The notes below the pieces were generated by a model, which saw nothing but the letters and a program-made list of their open reading frames with translations, had not been told where the DNA came from and ran no database searches. Shown one piece after another: positions 39,375 through 49,249 of a DNA stretch of 64,000 nt. The position numbers and the translations under genes are program-made. The DNA lies in NCBI GenBank assembly GCA_938038445.1, contig CALHRZ010000017.1, positions 12,065 through 76,064 of the forward strand, given 5' to 3'. Numbering within the stretch: the first letter of the stretch is position 1; each line of letters begins with the position of its first letter. Origin of the DNA: an uncultured bacterium (GTDB taxonomy: Bacteria > Verrucomicrobiota > Kiritimatiellia > CAIKKV01).

Positions 39375-40621
39375 CATCCGCCTCCAACTTCTTGTTCCAA
39401 CACGTCCCGTGCCAGGGCAGTCCATCGCCGCAGGCGGTCGGGTTCCCCTTGCACCGTTTCGACATCCTTGAGATGGACATGGAAAACCGTTCCTCGTAGG
39501 GCGTTGGCGCCTTCCCGCAGAATTCGTCTGATCCGGTCCTCATCCCAGCTCGTGCAGACCATGTCGGACGGGTTTGGCCGCCACGAGATCACATAATCCC
39601 GCCCGATCGCCTCCGCGCACCGGCCAACGTTTGCACTGGGTGTCACCGCAATGCTTCGGAGATTTGGCAGTTGACGCAACATCCCGATCTTTTCCGTAAG
39701 ATCCTCGCAACACCCGTAATGGACCAGGCCGAACGGTTCCATAATGGGGCGTTGATAACGAAAAAGGAACTCCTCGTGCTGGGCGGGCGAAACCAGTGTA
39801 TACTCCTGCGCGGCGCAGAAACCCCAGAGCGCACTCCGTTTAACCGGTTCGCTGTTCGGCTGTGGACGCGGCAACTCTTCAGCATAGGGTGGCGCCTGCT
39901 GGTTGCCACACGTAAGGGTATAGTGCCCCGCCTCTTCGGCTTGACGGTTGTTTGCCAGTATCCCATCCCGCATGAACGCCAAAACCCGATGCAGTTCCGC
40001 GGGATGCTCATACATGTCGAGCATGATTTCGTTTAAGCCACGCAACCGAATCAGAAAAGTGGAAATGTCCGCTGCAAATCCTGCATAGAATGGACCCCGA
40101 TGGATGTCGATCGGAAGCAGATCGCCCACCGCTTCGGCCAGTTTTTCCACTCGTCGGGCGGTCTCCGCTTCGTCCACGATATGCGGTATCGCCCGCAAGG
40201 CGGACGCATCCACCCATTCCCGAATGGGAGGCTGAAACGTGCGCGCTCCGCCGCGTTCGGGCGCTTCACTCAGATCGGCCACCAGCCCCCAAGGCGCACG
40301 CCAGTCGCCCTGAACCGCCGCCCGCACGGTCAACCACGGCTCCAATACGGAATCATCCCCCGTCTCCACTTGGAATAATGCCATCTTGAGCGTTCGCTCA
40401 TACTCCCGATAAAAAGGATCTTCACACTCCATCGCGGCATCGCCAAACCGGTCGGCGCACCAGACGTTCCACATGCCAAAGGTGGCAAGGATCAAGGGTC
40501 GGGTCGGTTTCAACGAATGATGAGCCGCCCATAGGCGCCGCTTCATTTCCATTTCCGGGGCCAGGGCATGTTCCCGGTACCGTAGGACGAGATCGCGAAG
40601 AAGGGTTCGGTCACGGTTCAT
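39371..40621 (-). CDS. Uroporphyrinogen decarboxylase/methyltransferase-like TIM-barrel protein
   Basis: LRGLNEIMLDMY..HRVL, VSPAQHEEF..YQ, YGCCE. Confidence 0.65.
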   Translation of the reverse strand: MNRDRTLLRDLVLRYREHALAPEMEMKRRLWAAHHSLKPTRPLILATFGMWNVWCADRFGDAAMECEDPFYREYERTLKMALFQVETGDDSVLEPWLTVRAAVQGDWRAPWGLVADLSEAPERGGARTFQPPIREWVDASALRAIPHIVDEAETARRVEKLAEAVGDLLPIDIHRGPFYAGFAADISTFLIRLRGLNEIMLDMYEHPAELHRVLAFMRDGILANNRQAEEAGHYTLTCGNQQAPPYAEELPRPQPNSEPVKRSALWGFCAAQEYTLVSPAQHEEFLFRYQRPIMEPFGLVHYGCCEDLTEKIGMLRQLPNLRSIAVTPSANVGRCAEAIGRDYVISWRPNPSDMVCTSWDEDRIRRILREGANALRGTVFHVHLKDVETVQGEPDRLRRWTALARDVLEQEVGGGC

Positions 40622-41859
40622 AGAGGCTCTTTTCCTTTCCTTGCACAGGGGAAGGTACCCCCCCCCTCCATGGCAGCGGCTAGTCCAAACGCCAAGAGAA
40701 GTCCGACCCCACGAACCAGCATCGGGCTCCAAACGCCCGCCACCATAAACGCCGCCACGATTCCAACTCCACCCAAACGAAGAGCCCGCGTCCAACCTCC
40801 CTCCCCACTGCGCCCAGAGGTCAGACCGGCTGCCAACGCGGCCCCCAAAAGACCCAGAAAAGCGAGAAGTCCGGGCAACCCGATCGAACCAGCCATTACC
40901 AGATAAAGATTTTGCGAATCAGGCTCCGCCGGTCGGCCTCCCTCGATCGGTAACACCCCGTAGTATTCGCCGATCCGTCTCTGATACATTCCGGCCCCCA
41001 CTCCCAGAACAGGATGATCCGCCGCCATCTCCACCGCCGCCTGCCATTCCGCATACCGCCGGACGGGGTCGCCCTCCCCGTCGAAAACCGCTACCGACTC
41101 CCGCGCCAGTTCCAAATTCGGCCGCGGAAGAAGAGGGGCAATGCCCAGTCCCCAAACCAGCATCAAAAACGCCCACACAACATAAGTCCCCCGTCCCTTC
41201 GCAAAGGCCAAAACACCGGTGGCCACTGCGAGGGCAAGAAGCGCACCACCGGAAAGCAAGGAACATAGACCGATGAGAAAAAGCAAAACGGCCACTCCGC
41301 GCCACCAAAATGGGAACGGCTCGAACGCAAACGCCGCCACAGCCGCAAGCCCCATGGCCATATATCCTCCAAAGACGGTCCGATTGGGAAACGGCCCCCG
41401 AACCTCAAACGGCGGAAGTTCTCTCAGCGCATAATGCCATAACCCCCAGCCGAGCGTTCCAAGAACCGCCAGCAAAACCGCCACCGTCAAGGTACGGCGG
41501 GAGGCCGTCTCGGACAACGCCCAAGCAAAGAGAGGCGCCGCCACTAAAAAATATTCTGCTGCTTGAACCCCCTCTGCCGCTGAACGAAACGGCGCGTCGC
41601 TGTTCAACCCTGAAAGAAGCGTCCAGCCGGTGAAAAGCCCCCCAAATAAAAGAAAAGGACGAAAAAACCGCCAGGCGGTGCCCCATCCCACCGCCCAAAG
41701 CGCAGCCAGTCCCAAAAGCCACACAAGAGGATCCGCAAGGGTCACATGGAGTTTCGGTGCGACTTGAACGCTCACCGGCAACGGAGCCGTCAAAATCAAC
41801 ACGGCAACGCTATGAGGCAAAAACCGTCGAAGCCTCACTCGCAACCGCTCCCATATCAC
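40618..41859 (-). CDS. O-antigen ligase family membrane protein
   Basis: Many TM helices, VRGPFPN, R..EWQAAVEM..HPVLGVGAG, SQNLYL..GLPGL; GTG start overlaps the upstream stop. Confidence 0.8.
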   Translation of the reverse strand: MIWERLRVRLRRFLPHSVAVLILTAPLPVSVQVAPKLHVTLADPLVWLLGLAALWAVGWGTAWRFFRPFLLFGGLFTGWTLLSGLNSDAPFRSAAEGVQAAEYFLVAAPLFAWALSETASRRTLTVAVLLAVLGTLGWGLWHYALRELPPFEVRGPFPNRTVFGGYMAMGLAAVAAFAFEPFPFWWRGVAVLLFLIGLCSLLSGGALLALAVATGVLAFAKGRGTYVVWAFLMLVWGLGIAPLLPRPNLELARESVAVFDGEGDPVRRYAEWQAAVEMAADHPVLGVGAGMYQRRIGEYYGVLPIEGGRPAEPDSQNLYLVMAGSIGLPGLLAFLGLLGAALAAGLTSGRSGEGGWTRALRLGGVGIVAAFMVAGVWSPMLVRGVGLLLAFGLAAAMEGGGTFPCARKGKEPL

Positions 41860-42422
41860 GGCAGCTTCTCCCGCATCACAGGTTCCTCTCCGACCGGCAC
41901 ATAGGTCCGATCGGTGGTCAGCAAAATTTGGCTGATGGCGGCTCCGTCTTCTCGATTTCGGATCACCAGTTTCTGCAGTCCCCTCTCCAACACCAATTGC
42001 TTGAGACGAGCCGGAGCCTTGACCCAATGCCACACTTTGAAGGTCGCATTCTCCCCAAAAACGAACGGCTTTGCGTCATTGAGGGCCATCCAAAAAGAAT
42101 TGCCGCATTCATCGGGCCACCACACCCGGCACCAAAGATAATATTCCCCCGAGGCCGGCACTTCGAAGGTATAAACCGCTTCGCCGGCATTCACAGCCGG
42201 CGGATTTCCCGCACCTTGCGGAATTTCGAGATAGCGCCCGCCGGAAAGTTCACGGCCAAGGCTGGCACGCAAAGCGGGTGGCGCATTGGACACCCAGGCG
42301 ACCGCCATCGGCGGTTCAATCCGATCCGCGGACACGGCATCAAAACAAATCCGCACCCTCTCAGCGTGAACCATCGCCGTAACAGCAAACACTCCCAACC
42401 CAGCAACGACAAAACACTTCAT
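41856..42422 (-). CDS. Secreted beta-sandwich (CBM-like) protein
   Basis: Signal peptide; GEAVYTFEVP.SGEYYLWCR, NSFW, WHW, IRNREDG..I.QILLT. Confidence 0.65.
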   Translation of the reverse strand: MKCFVVAGLGVFAVTAMVHAERVRICFDAVSADRIEPPMAVAWVSNAPPALRASLGRELSGGRYLEIPQGAGNPPAVNAGEAVYTFEVPASGEYYLWCRVWWPDECGNSFWMALNDAKPFVFGENATFKVWHWVKAPARLKQLVLERGLQKLVIRNREDGAAISQILLTTDRTYVPVGEEPVMREKLP

Positions 42423-43417
42423 GGCGACAACCTCCTCTTCTCGGAACCCCTCCCCTCCGAAGACTCCCAACCAACCAACGCCACCGCAAGGCCGGCGAGA
42501 TCGCCGATCCGATCCCCCAGCGAAGCCGGCGCTATCCTGCACTTTTCGAGCGGCCATTTCCACGCGTACCGAGGCAGCCTTTCCATCAAAAGGGGCATCA
42601 CGATGTCCGCCTCCCGAATCGCCATGGTGCCCAGAAGAATCACTTGGGGATCCAAAGCCATCAGAATGATGCCGATTCCCTGGGCCAACCGCTCCAAGAC
42701 CTCACTCCAGACCTCCACGGCAAGAGGATCCCCTTTCCGATAGGCCTCTGTGATAGCCCGCATGGAAATCGCCTCGACGTCTCCGCCCGCTTCCGCCACG
42801 ATCTGGGTGCGAATCGCCTCGCGCCGAATGCGCCCCTTCACCTGCTCGCTGACCATCCGCCCCCCCACAAAGGATTCCCAACACCCCCTCAGACCACAGC
42901 CACAGGACGGGCCGCTCGGATCGAGAACCATGTGGCCGAACTCCCCGGCGCTGTCGGTCTTCCCCTGCACAAGTCGGCCGTTCGTAATGACGCCACCACC
43001 CATGCCAGTGCTAAAGGTCAGATAAACCAGATCCGGCGTTCCTCGAAAGGCTCCAAATCGCCATTCCGCGAGCGCAGCCGCATTCGCATCATTGTTGAAA
43101 TAAACTGGAACGTTCACCCCTTCCTGCACAATGCGCACAATGGGTAAATTGGCAAACCCCGGATTATTCGGAGGCGCAAGCAGCAGGCCATCCTGCACCG
43201 AAAGAGGACCAGGAGCGGAAATGCCGACCGCTCCCACATCCCCCAGTCGCCAGCCCGCCTCCTCCGCCGTCCGCCGGCAGGCGATCAGAAGATTCCGACG
43301 ATAGGTATCGGCATCCTGAGGCGTCGCCATCCGTTGGGAAGCAAACAAGCGCCCCGTTTCGTCCCCCGCACATACCGCGGTTTTGGTTCCCCCGATGTCA
43401 ATCCCCAGCAATTTCAT
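42419..43417 (-). CDS. ROK family sugar kinase
   Basis: GIDIGGTK, NDANAAALAE, STGMGGG, GEFGH, CGCG..GCWE. Confidence 0.93.
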   Translation of the reverse strand: MKLLGIDIGGTKTAVCAGDETGRLFASQRMATPQDADTYRRNLLIACRRTAEEAGWRLGDVGAVGISAPGPLSVQDGLLLAPPNNPGFANLPIVRIVQEGVNVPVYFNNDANAAALAEWRFGAFRGTPDLVYLTFSTGMGGGVITNGRLVQGKTDSAGEFGHMVLDPSGPSCGCGLRGCWESFVGGRMVSEQVKGRIRREAIRTQIVAEAGGDVEAISMRAITEAYRKGDPLAVEVWSEVLERLAQGIGIILMALDPQVILLGTMAIREADIVMPLLMERLPRYAWKWPLEKCRIAPASLGDRIGDLAGLAVALVGWESSEGRGSEKRRLSP

Positions 43418-43450
43418 TGCTGCCTGCTCCTCCGTAAGAACTCCCCTCGT

Positions 43451-44719
43451 TCATCCCCATTCGAGATGAGTGGCCGCCAGAACGGCCAGCAATCCCAATA
43501 TGCCACCCCGAAGGACCACCAGTTGAAAAAAACCCCGTAGGAGATTCTGGACCTCAATACGGCTACTTTCGGCTGCCTGTTCAACGGGATCGAAATCGCG
43601 CACAGCCCCCACCGCCCGATCGAGAAAGCGGTACATTCCCTTCAGACCTCGTTCGACCGCTTCGCGCAGGGGAGTGGAATGATGCTCCGTACACGGTTCG
43701 CCTCCATGGGTATGGGGAGGTTCGACAAGCTGCCCCGTTCGGACCACCCACCCAATCTGACCGCTCAACAGGATCAGCAGAAGCAAAAAGGTGGACATGA
43801 AGATCGCCACGGGCGTCGAAAAAAGCGTCCCCATCGTGAGCCCCGCCGCGGCTAACAAAAGGAGACGAAACCAAATCAGCGCCAGTCCTCGAAGCAGGTT
43901 GGTCGCAAAGCAGCCCGCTTCGCTCCATAGCGTCACGCTCTTCTCCTCATCAAAAAGAATCGTATCGCGGTCCAAGTTCCTGTACCGGACCTCCCAAACC
44001 CCAGCTGCTATCGTGTCCGAAGGCGCCGGAAGGGAAATTTCCTGCACCACGCCCGGTCGAAGCTCCAGCCGTTCGTAATAATACATACGCCCTTCGGGGT
44101 CCCGAATCTCCCACTCCCCCGGAATCGTCCACCGGGAGACAACCGCCGGCGAGAAAAATCGAGCCCGAAGCAACAACGGCTTTCCGGCGGAAACAGTCGG
44201 CATCTCCAACCGCCATACCCCCATTCCTTCCCCTTCGACCCATCGGGTGCCTGCAACAGGACGCGTCAGCCGGCGGACAGTCCAAACGCGATTCCGCAGC
44301 TCGGTTTGATCACTCGGCAAACGGCCGCTTCCAAATGACCGAACCATCATGAAAAAAAACAGCCCAAAACTGCCCAACAGCAAAACACCGTTGATCAAGC
44401 AAAGGGCCAACCATTTTCCAAGCCACACCGCGACAAAAGGGACGGGCTTGACCAAAATTTGCTGAAGATGCCGGCGCTCGCGCTCCCCAGCCACAAGACC
44501 CGGCCCTGCGCCCAATGTCGCCACAGAGAGCCCCAGCAGCATCAGATGGAATTGGTACTGGATCCAGACCCGCGCACGCCCCACCGCCGTCCCGTCGTCA
44601 CGCAGCATCCAGGGTAGAATCAGGGTAAAGCCCAGAAGGAAAATCGCCGTCACCACAACCCAACGGGACCGAATCAACGCGCGAACGGTGAGTCCAACGA
44701 CTGCAAACGTTGCCTTCAT
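43451..44719 (-). CDS. ABC-2 type permease with a periplasmic domain
   Basis: TM helices, ERERRHLQQILVKPV..LGKWL motif, His-rich loop. Confidence 0.75.
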   Translation of the reverse strand: MKATFAVVGLTVRALIRSRWVVVTAIFLLGFTLILPWMLRDDGTAVGRARVWIQYQFHLMLLGLSVATLGAGPGLVAGERERRHLQQILVKPVPFVAVWLGKWLALCLINGVLLLGSFGLFFFMMVRSFGSGRLPSDQTELRNRVWTVRRLTRPVAGTRWVEGEGMGVWRLEMPTVSAGKPLLLRARFFSPAVVSRWTIPGEWEIRDPEGRMYYYERLELRPGVVQEISLPAPSDTIAAGVWEVRYRNLDRDTILFDEEKSVTLWSEAGCFATNLLRGLALIWFRLLLLAAAGLTMGTLFSTPVAIFMSTFLLLLILLSGQIGWVVRTGQLVEPPHTHGGEPCTEHHSTPLREAVERGLKGMYRFLDRAVGAVRDFDPVEQAAESSRIEVQNLLRGFFQLVVLRGGILGLLAVLAATHLEWG

Positions 44720-45654
44720 GGCGGCGCGCTTTCTCCCTTCCCTTTCAGAAATGGAGCCAAAGGCGCCTCCTCCTCCACAGCAGCACCACTCGCGCCCTCC
44801 GGCGGCGGAGGCGCGTGACGGATCGTTTCGAGAAAAACGGTCTCCAGGTCCTTCCTCGGATGTTCCCACAGGGGGACTGCGCCCGTCCGCCGGCGAAGCC
44901 ATTCCAGCGATTCCTCCCGCACCGCTGGGTCCAGCGCCGGAAGGAGAATCCGAATCTGACCATGTTCCTCGAGCAAATCATTCACACAGCCGAGCGCACA
45001 GAGCAAGCCATGATACAGAATGGCAATCCGGTCGCATACATCCTCCACATCGGCCAGCAAGTGGGAGGAAAGAATGACGGTGCGTCCCCGCTGTGCAAGG
45101 GCCCGAATCATCTCTTTGACCTGCCGACTTCCCACGGGATCCAATCCCGCCGTCGGTTCGTCGAGCAGTATCAGATCGGGATCGTTAATCAGCGTCTGGG
45201 CCAAACAGACACGGCGCGCCATCCCCTTGGAAAATTCCCCCACCCGCCGACATCGAGCATGTGCCAAGCCTGTCATCGCCAACAGTTCTTCCACCCGCCG
45301 CGCGCGTTCCGCCGCCTCCAGCCCGAACAGCTGGCCAAAAAAGTCCAGCGTCTCTTCAGCCGTCAAAAAAGGATAAAGAGAGGACTCCTCCGGCATGTAA
45401 CCGATCCGAGCCCGAATCGCCGTCGTGTCGGGCGATTGCCCGAGAACCCTAATTTGACCGGCCGTGGGACGCAACAGACCCAGCATCATCTTCATCAGCG
45501 TGCTCTTGCCCGAGCCATTCGGTCCCAACAAGCCAAACACCTCACCAGCGGCCACATCAAAACTCACCCCCCGGACCGCCCGGACCCGCGCCCGTCCCCA
45601 GAAATCTCGAAACGTCTTCTCCACCTTTTCGATTTGGACTCGGCACTCGGTCAT
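44716..45654 (-). CDS. ABC transporter ATP-binding protein
   Basis: GPNGSGKST, FSKGM signature, LLDEP, SSH. Confidence 0.93.
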   Translation of the reverse strand: MTECRVQIEKVEKTFRDFWGRARVRAVRGVSFDVAAGEVFGLLGPNGSGKSTLMKMMLGLLRPTAGQIRVLGQSPDTTAIRARIGYMPEESSLYPFLTAEETLDFFGQLFGLEAAERARRVEELLAMTGLAHARCRRVGEFSKGMARRVCLAQTLINDPDLILLDEPTAGLDPVGSRQVKEMIRALAQRGRTVILSSHLLADVEDVCDRIAILYHGLLCALGCVNDLLEEHGQIRILLPALDPAVREESLEWLRRRTGAVPLWEHPRKDLETVFLETIRHAPPPPEGASGAAVEEEAPLAPFLKGKGESAPP

Positions 45655-45667
45655 CGAACATCGCCTT

Positions 45668-46651
45668 TCATCCGAGTTCCCGTTCCGCGAACCACGCCGT
45701 GCCGACCGATAAAAAAAACGCCGTCCATGTCACGGAATAAAGAGCAGCCCAACCCAAATAAGTGAGCGGAAGCGACCGACCCGCATACAACGCATCGGCC
45801 GGCCAAAAAAGGGACCAGGAAGGCATCAGCCAGGCAATCCCCATCACCCGAAGGCTTTCCGCAACTGCGCCCCTCCATTCATGAATCAACGGCTCGAGGG
45901 ACAGCCCCAATACGAGAAGCAGAGTCATGAACCCCGCAAGAACAGGCGCTGAACTGAAACGAGCCGCCAGCGTATGGGCAGCGGCTGCAAGAACCCCCAA
46001 CCCCAGATAGACCAAACCAAAGGCGGGAAGCAACCGAACCCCCGAAGCCAAAACCCTTCCGGCCGAAGCGACATCCGCGCGAAGATCCCGTATCAGAAGA
46101 AAGGACAGCGCCATCCCCAGCGCAATGGGCAACAGGAAAAAAGACCACTCGGCATAAGGTGATCCCCGCCGATAGTTGATCATACCGGAGATTCCATGAG
46201 CCGCCGCAACAGCGGCCAAAATAATCAAACCGGCCCGTTCGTCCTCCCCATGTTCCAAAGGCCCGATTTGTTGGCTTAACACCGCGGCGGTCCAAAGACA
46301 GAACGAAAAAAGCGCAAGCACGACGAGAACCCCCGTAAAGCGCGCGAGGAAAAATTCCGCGCGCCGAACTGGCTTGCATAGAATCAGCCCGGCCGCACGC
46401 CCTTGAAGGTCCAACCCCAAACCGAGTTGACTGACTGCCCCGGCGAGATAAGCACCCAAAAGGAAGTGAAGCGCCAGAATTCCGTCCATAACCAACCGAT
46501 TCTCTTCTCCAAATTGAAAGGCCGTCATAAAAGGCATAAGGGCCGCCAGGAGAATCGCCACGGTCGTCACCAACAGAATCACCGGCTGCCGGAGGGATTC
46601 TCGGACCGACTGAACCACCAACGCGTGAAATATGTCAAGCCGGAAAGCCAT
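45668..46651 (-). CDS. ABC-2 type permease
   Basis: Multiple TM helices; ILCKPVRRAEFFLARF motif. Confidence 0.75.
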   Translation of the reverse strand: MAFRLDIFHALVVQSVRESLRQPVILLVTTVAILLAALMPFMTAFQFGEENRLVMDGILALHFLLGAYLAGAVSQLGLGLDLQGRAAGLILCKPVRRAEFFLARFTGVLVVLALFSFCLWTAAVLSQQIGPLEHGEDERAGLIILAAVAAAHGISGMINYRRGSPYAEWSFFLLPIALGMALSFLLIRDLRADVASAGRVLASGVRLLPAFGLVYLGLGVLAAAAHTLAARFSSAPVLAGFMTLLLVLGLSLEPLIHEWRGAVAESLRVMGIAWLMPSWSLFWPADALYAGRSLPLTYLGWAALYSVTWTAFFLSVGTAWFAERELG

Positions 46652-46770
46652 GAACTTTTCATGATACGAGAATATCCCCCTTCGGAAAAGATTCTTTTTC
46701 CCCCCTTTACGAAACGAGATACAAGTCCTATCCTGTACAGACGATGCATGACGTAGCCTCCAGCGGCCTG

Positions 46771-47412
46771 ATGGGCCGAGTGTTCTCCGCCCTTCTCCTG
46801 CTCTTAATAATGGAAGGAACGACCGACCTCGTCGCCGGGGTTTCATTCCTCCCGGCAGGCAAGAAACGCGTTCTCATCCTGCATCACGGCGAACCCATCT
46901 CATCGAAATCGGCGTCCGCAGCCCGCCAACCAACCGCCTTCTCAGAAGCCGTTACCCATGCCACAACCCCGGGGGTCAATGTGGAACGCTTGGCCAGAGC
47001 GTTGGAAGAAGGGTTCACACAAAAGGGGTGTCAGGTTGCTCGAAAAACACCCGCCGATCTTGCCTCCTTCCGAGATTTGTTGGGTTACGACGCAATTCTG
47101 ATCGGTTCCCCCGTCTGGTTCAGCAACATGTCCTGGCCGATGAAAAAACTATTCGACACCTACTTCTTCACCATTTATGAACATCATCCCGGCCGGCTTC
47201 AGGGAATCGTGATGAGCGCGTTTTGTACGGTGATGGAATCGGGGAATAGCGGCCCCCGCGCCCTGCAGGCCATGCAGGCGGGTTTGGAACATCTCACGGA
47301 TCGCGTGGTACCCGGACTTGTGATTCAAACCACTATGTCCGAAGCCCAATGGCGCCCCCTGCTCCACACGTTCATCGAGCAAATCCATAACGCCTTCCCT
47401 CAAAAACCATGA
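46771..47412 (+). CDS. Flavodoxin-like protein
   Basis: YDAILIGSPVWFSNMSWPMKKLFD; hydrophobic N-terminus; start uncertain (46744 possible). Confidence 0.7.
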   Translation: MGRVFSALLLLLIMEGTTDLVAGVSFLPAGKKRVLILHHGEPISSKSASAARQPTAFSEAVTHATTPGVNVERLARALEEGFTQKGCQVARKTPADLASFRDLLGYDAILIGSPVWFSNMSWPMKKLFDTYFFTIYEHHPGRLQGIVMSAFCTVMESGNSGPRALQAMQAGLEHLTDRVVPGLVIQTTMSEAQWRPLLHTFIEQIHNAFPQKP

Positions 47413-48152
47413 CGGATGGGAATCCCTTCTCTCCTCCCCGCCCCGTTTCGTTTTCCGCCGTCCCGTTCTCTCTTGCGGACGCTTTCCTCGCCGGAGCAAT
47501 GGCCCTCGTCCTCCATCGCCTCCTTTCTCACTTGCTCCCCGCCCTCTTCCCCCAAATTCCCCTCAGTGTTAATATCGCCCTGTCCGCCTGGATCCTCCCC
47601 GCCTGCCTGGCGCTTCCCGTCTGGCTCGTCGTCCGGCGAAAGGGACTTTCCCTCGTCACCGCCTTCCGGCTCCAACGGTCCGCCTGGCCCCGATCGCTTC
47701 TGATCGCCTTTGCCGTCACTCTCGTTCTGCAGCCCATTTGCAGACTTCTGTTCCAACTCAATTTGGCCCTGAGTTCCCTCGCGCCGCTTCCTCGTCCCCC
47801 TCTGCCGAGCTTTGAAATCCTTGCCCTCCGCGCTTCTCCAACGGCTTTGGCGCTCGCCTTGCTCTCCGCTGTGCTTTTCGCACCTTTTTGCGAAGAACTT
47901 TTCTTCCGCGGCATCCTTTTTTCCTCCTTTCGCTCCTTCCTTTCCGCTCCCTGTGCACTGGTCGTTACCTCCGCCTTTTTCGCCTGGATTCACGGCCAAC
48001 CGATGGATTCGATTTCGTTGACCGTCTCGTCCATCGGTTTTACGCTCGCCGCGCTTTGGGCCCGCTCCCTCGCCGCTGCAATTCTCGTTCATGTCTTCTC
48101 CAACCTATTGGCCACTGCCACCCTTCTCTTCTTTCAGATCCCCTCCTCCTGA
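47409..48152 (+). CDS. CPBP/CAAX (Abi) intramembrane metalloprotease
   Basis: APFCEELFFRG, FAWIH, HVFSN. Confidence 0.88.
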   Translation: MTDGNPFSPPRPVSFSAVPFSLADAFLAGAMALVLHRLLSHLLPALFPQIPLSVNIALSAWILPACLALPVWLVVRRKGLSLVTAFRLQRSAWPRSLLIAFAVTLVLQPICRLLFQLNLALSSLAPLPRPPLPSFEILALRASPTALALALLSAVLFAPFCEELFFRGILFSSFRSFLSAPCALVVTSAFFAWIHGQPMDSISLTVSSIGFTLAALWARSLAAAILVHVFSNLLATATLLFFQIPSS

Positions 48153-48169
48153 AACCCTCGGAGATTTCC

Positions 48170-49246
48170 ATGCCCCCTGCAATCCGAACCCTCGAATGGA
48201 TCCCCAAACAGCCGGACCGTCTTCTCCCCGGGTTCATCCGACTGCTGGACCAAACCCGGCTGCCCGAAACGCTCACGTTCCGCGAAGTGCGCGACCCAAC
48301 CGACCTTTGGCTGGCCATCCGTACCCTCCAAGTCCGTGGCGCGCCCGCGATCGGCGTCGCCGCGGCAATGGGGCTCTTGTTGAGCCTCCAAAACACACCG
48401 TTTCATTCGGCAAACGAGTTGCTGGCGGCCGTGCGGAAGACCGCCCAGTATCTCGCCACCGCTCGCCCCACAGCGGTCAACCTCTTTTGGGCGCTCGACC
48501 GCATGAGCCGGGCCGCTGAACACCTCGCTTCGACTTTCGCAGACCCTCCGGCTCTCGCCGAAGCCATCGCACGCGAAGCCCTCGCCATCCAAAACGAAGA
48601 CATCGCGATGGGCCGAGCGATCGGCGAACACGGCGTCCGGCTCCTCGACGGCGTCGACGCCATCCTCACCCATTGCAACGCGGGAAGCCTTGCAACCGCC
48701 GGGTACGGCACTGCCCTCGCCCCCCTTTATGTGGCCCAAGAACAGGGCCGTTCCGTCGCCGTCTATGTGGATGAAACACGCCCCCTCCTTCAAGGCGCCC
48801 GCCTCACGGCATGGGAACTCATCCAATCAGGGTTTTCCGTTACCCTCCTGTGCGACAACATGGCCGCTTGGCTCATGCGCCAGGGAAAGATCGGTGCCGT
48901 GCTAGTCGGAGCCGACCGCATCGCATCCAACGGAGACACCGCCAACAAAATAGGCACCTATGCCCTCGCCCTCCTCGCCGCGGCTCATCGCATCCCATTC
49001 TATGTCCTGGCCCCAACTTCAACCTTCGACCGCGCCCTCCCCGACGGAACCGCCATTCCGATCGAGCATCGCCCAGCCGAGGAAATCACTCAGTTCGCCG
49101 GTCGCGGTATCGCCCCGGAAGGGGTTTCCGTTTTCAACCCCGCCTTTGATGTCACGCCCGCGGCACTCATCACGGCGATCGTCTGCGAAAAAGGCCTTGC
49201 ACGACCGCCATTCGAAGAATCGCTCCGAATTTTTTCCGCCGGATAA
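48170..49246 (+). CDS. mtnA: Methylthioribose-1-phosphate isomerase
   Basis: LLDQTRLP, VRGAPAIG, RPTAVNL, THCNAGSLAT, ETRPLLQGARLT, NKIGTY. Confidence 0.96.
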   Translation: MPPAIRTLEWIPKQPDRLLPGFIRLLDQTRLPETLTFREVRDPTDLWLAIRTLQVRGAPAIGVAAAMGLLLSLQNTPFHSANELLAAVRKTAQYLATARPTAVNLFWALDRMSRAAEHLASTFADPPALAEAIAREALAIQNEDIAMGRAIGEHGVRLLDGVDAILTHCNAGSLATAGYGTALAPLYVAQEQGRSVAVYVDETRPLLQGARLTAWELIQSGFSVTLLCDNMAAWLMRQGKIGAVLVGADRIASNGDTANKIGTYALALLAAAHRIPFYVLAPTSTFDRALPDGTAIPIEHRPAEEITQFAGRGIAPEGVSVFNPAFDVTPAALITAIVCEKGLARPPFEESLRIFSAG

Positions 49247-49249
49247 CCT

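Noticed and set aside
46683-46702. Imperfect inverted repeat GGAAAAGATTCTTTTTCC between divergent genes
   Set aside because: Low complexity, single copy, and no regulator nearby; not supportable as an operator.
47400-48092. 230-aa G/E/K-rich minus-strand ORF
   Set aside because: Mirror of the C/T-rich CPBP protease gene on the plus strand.
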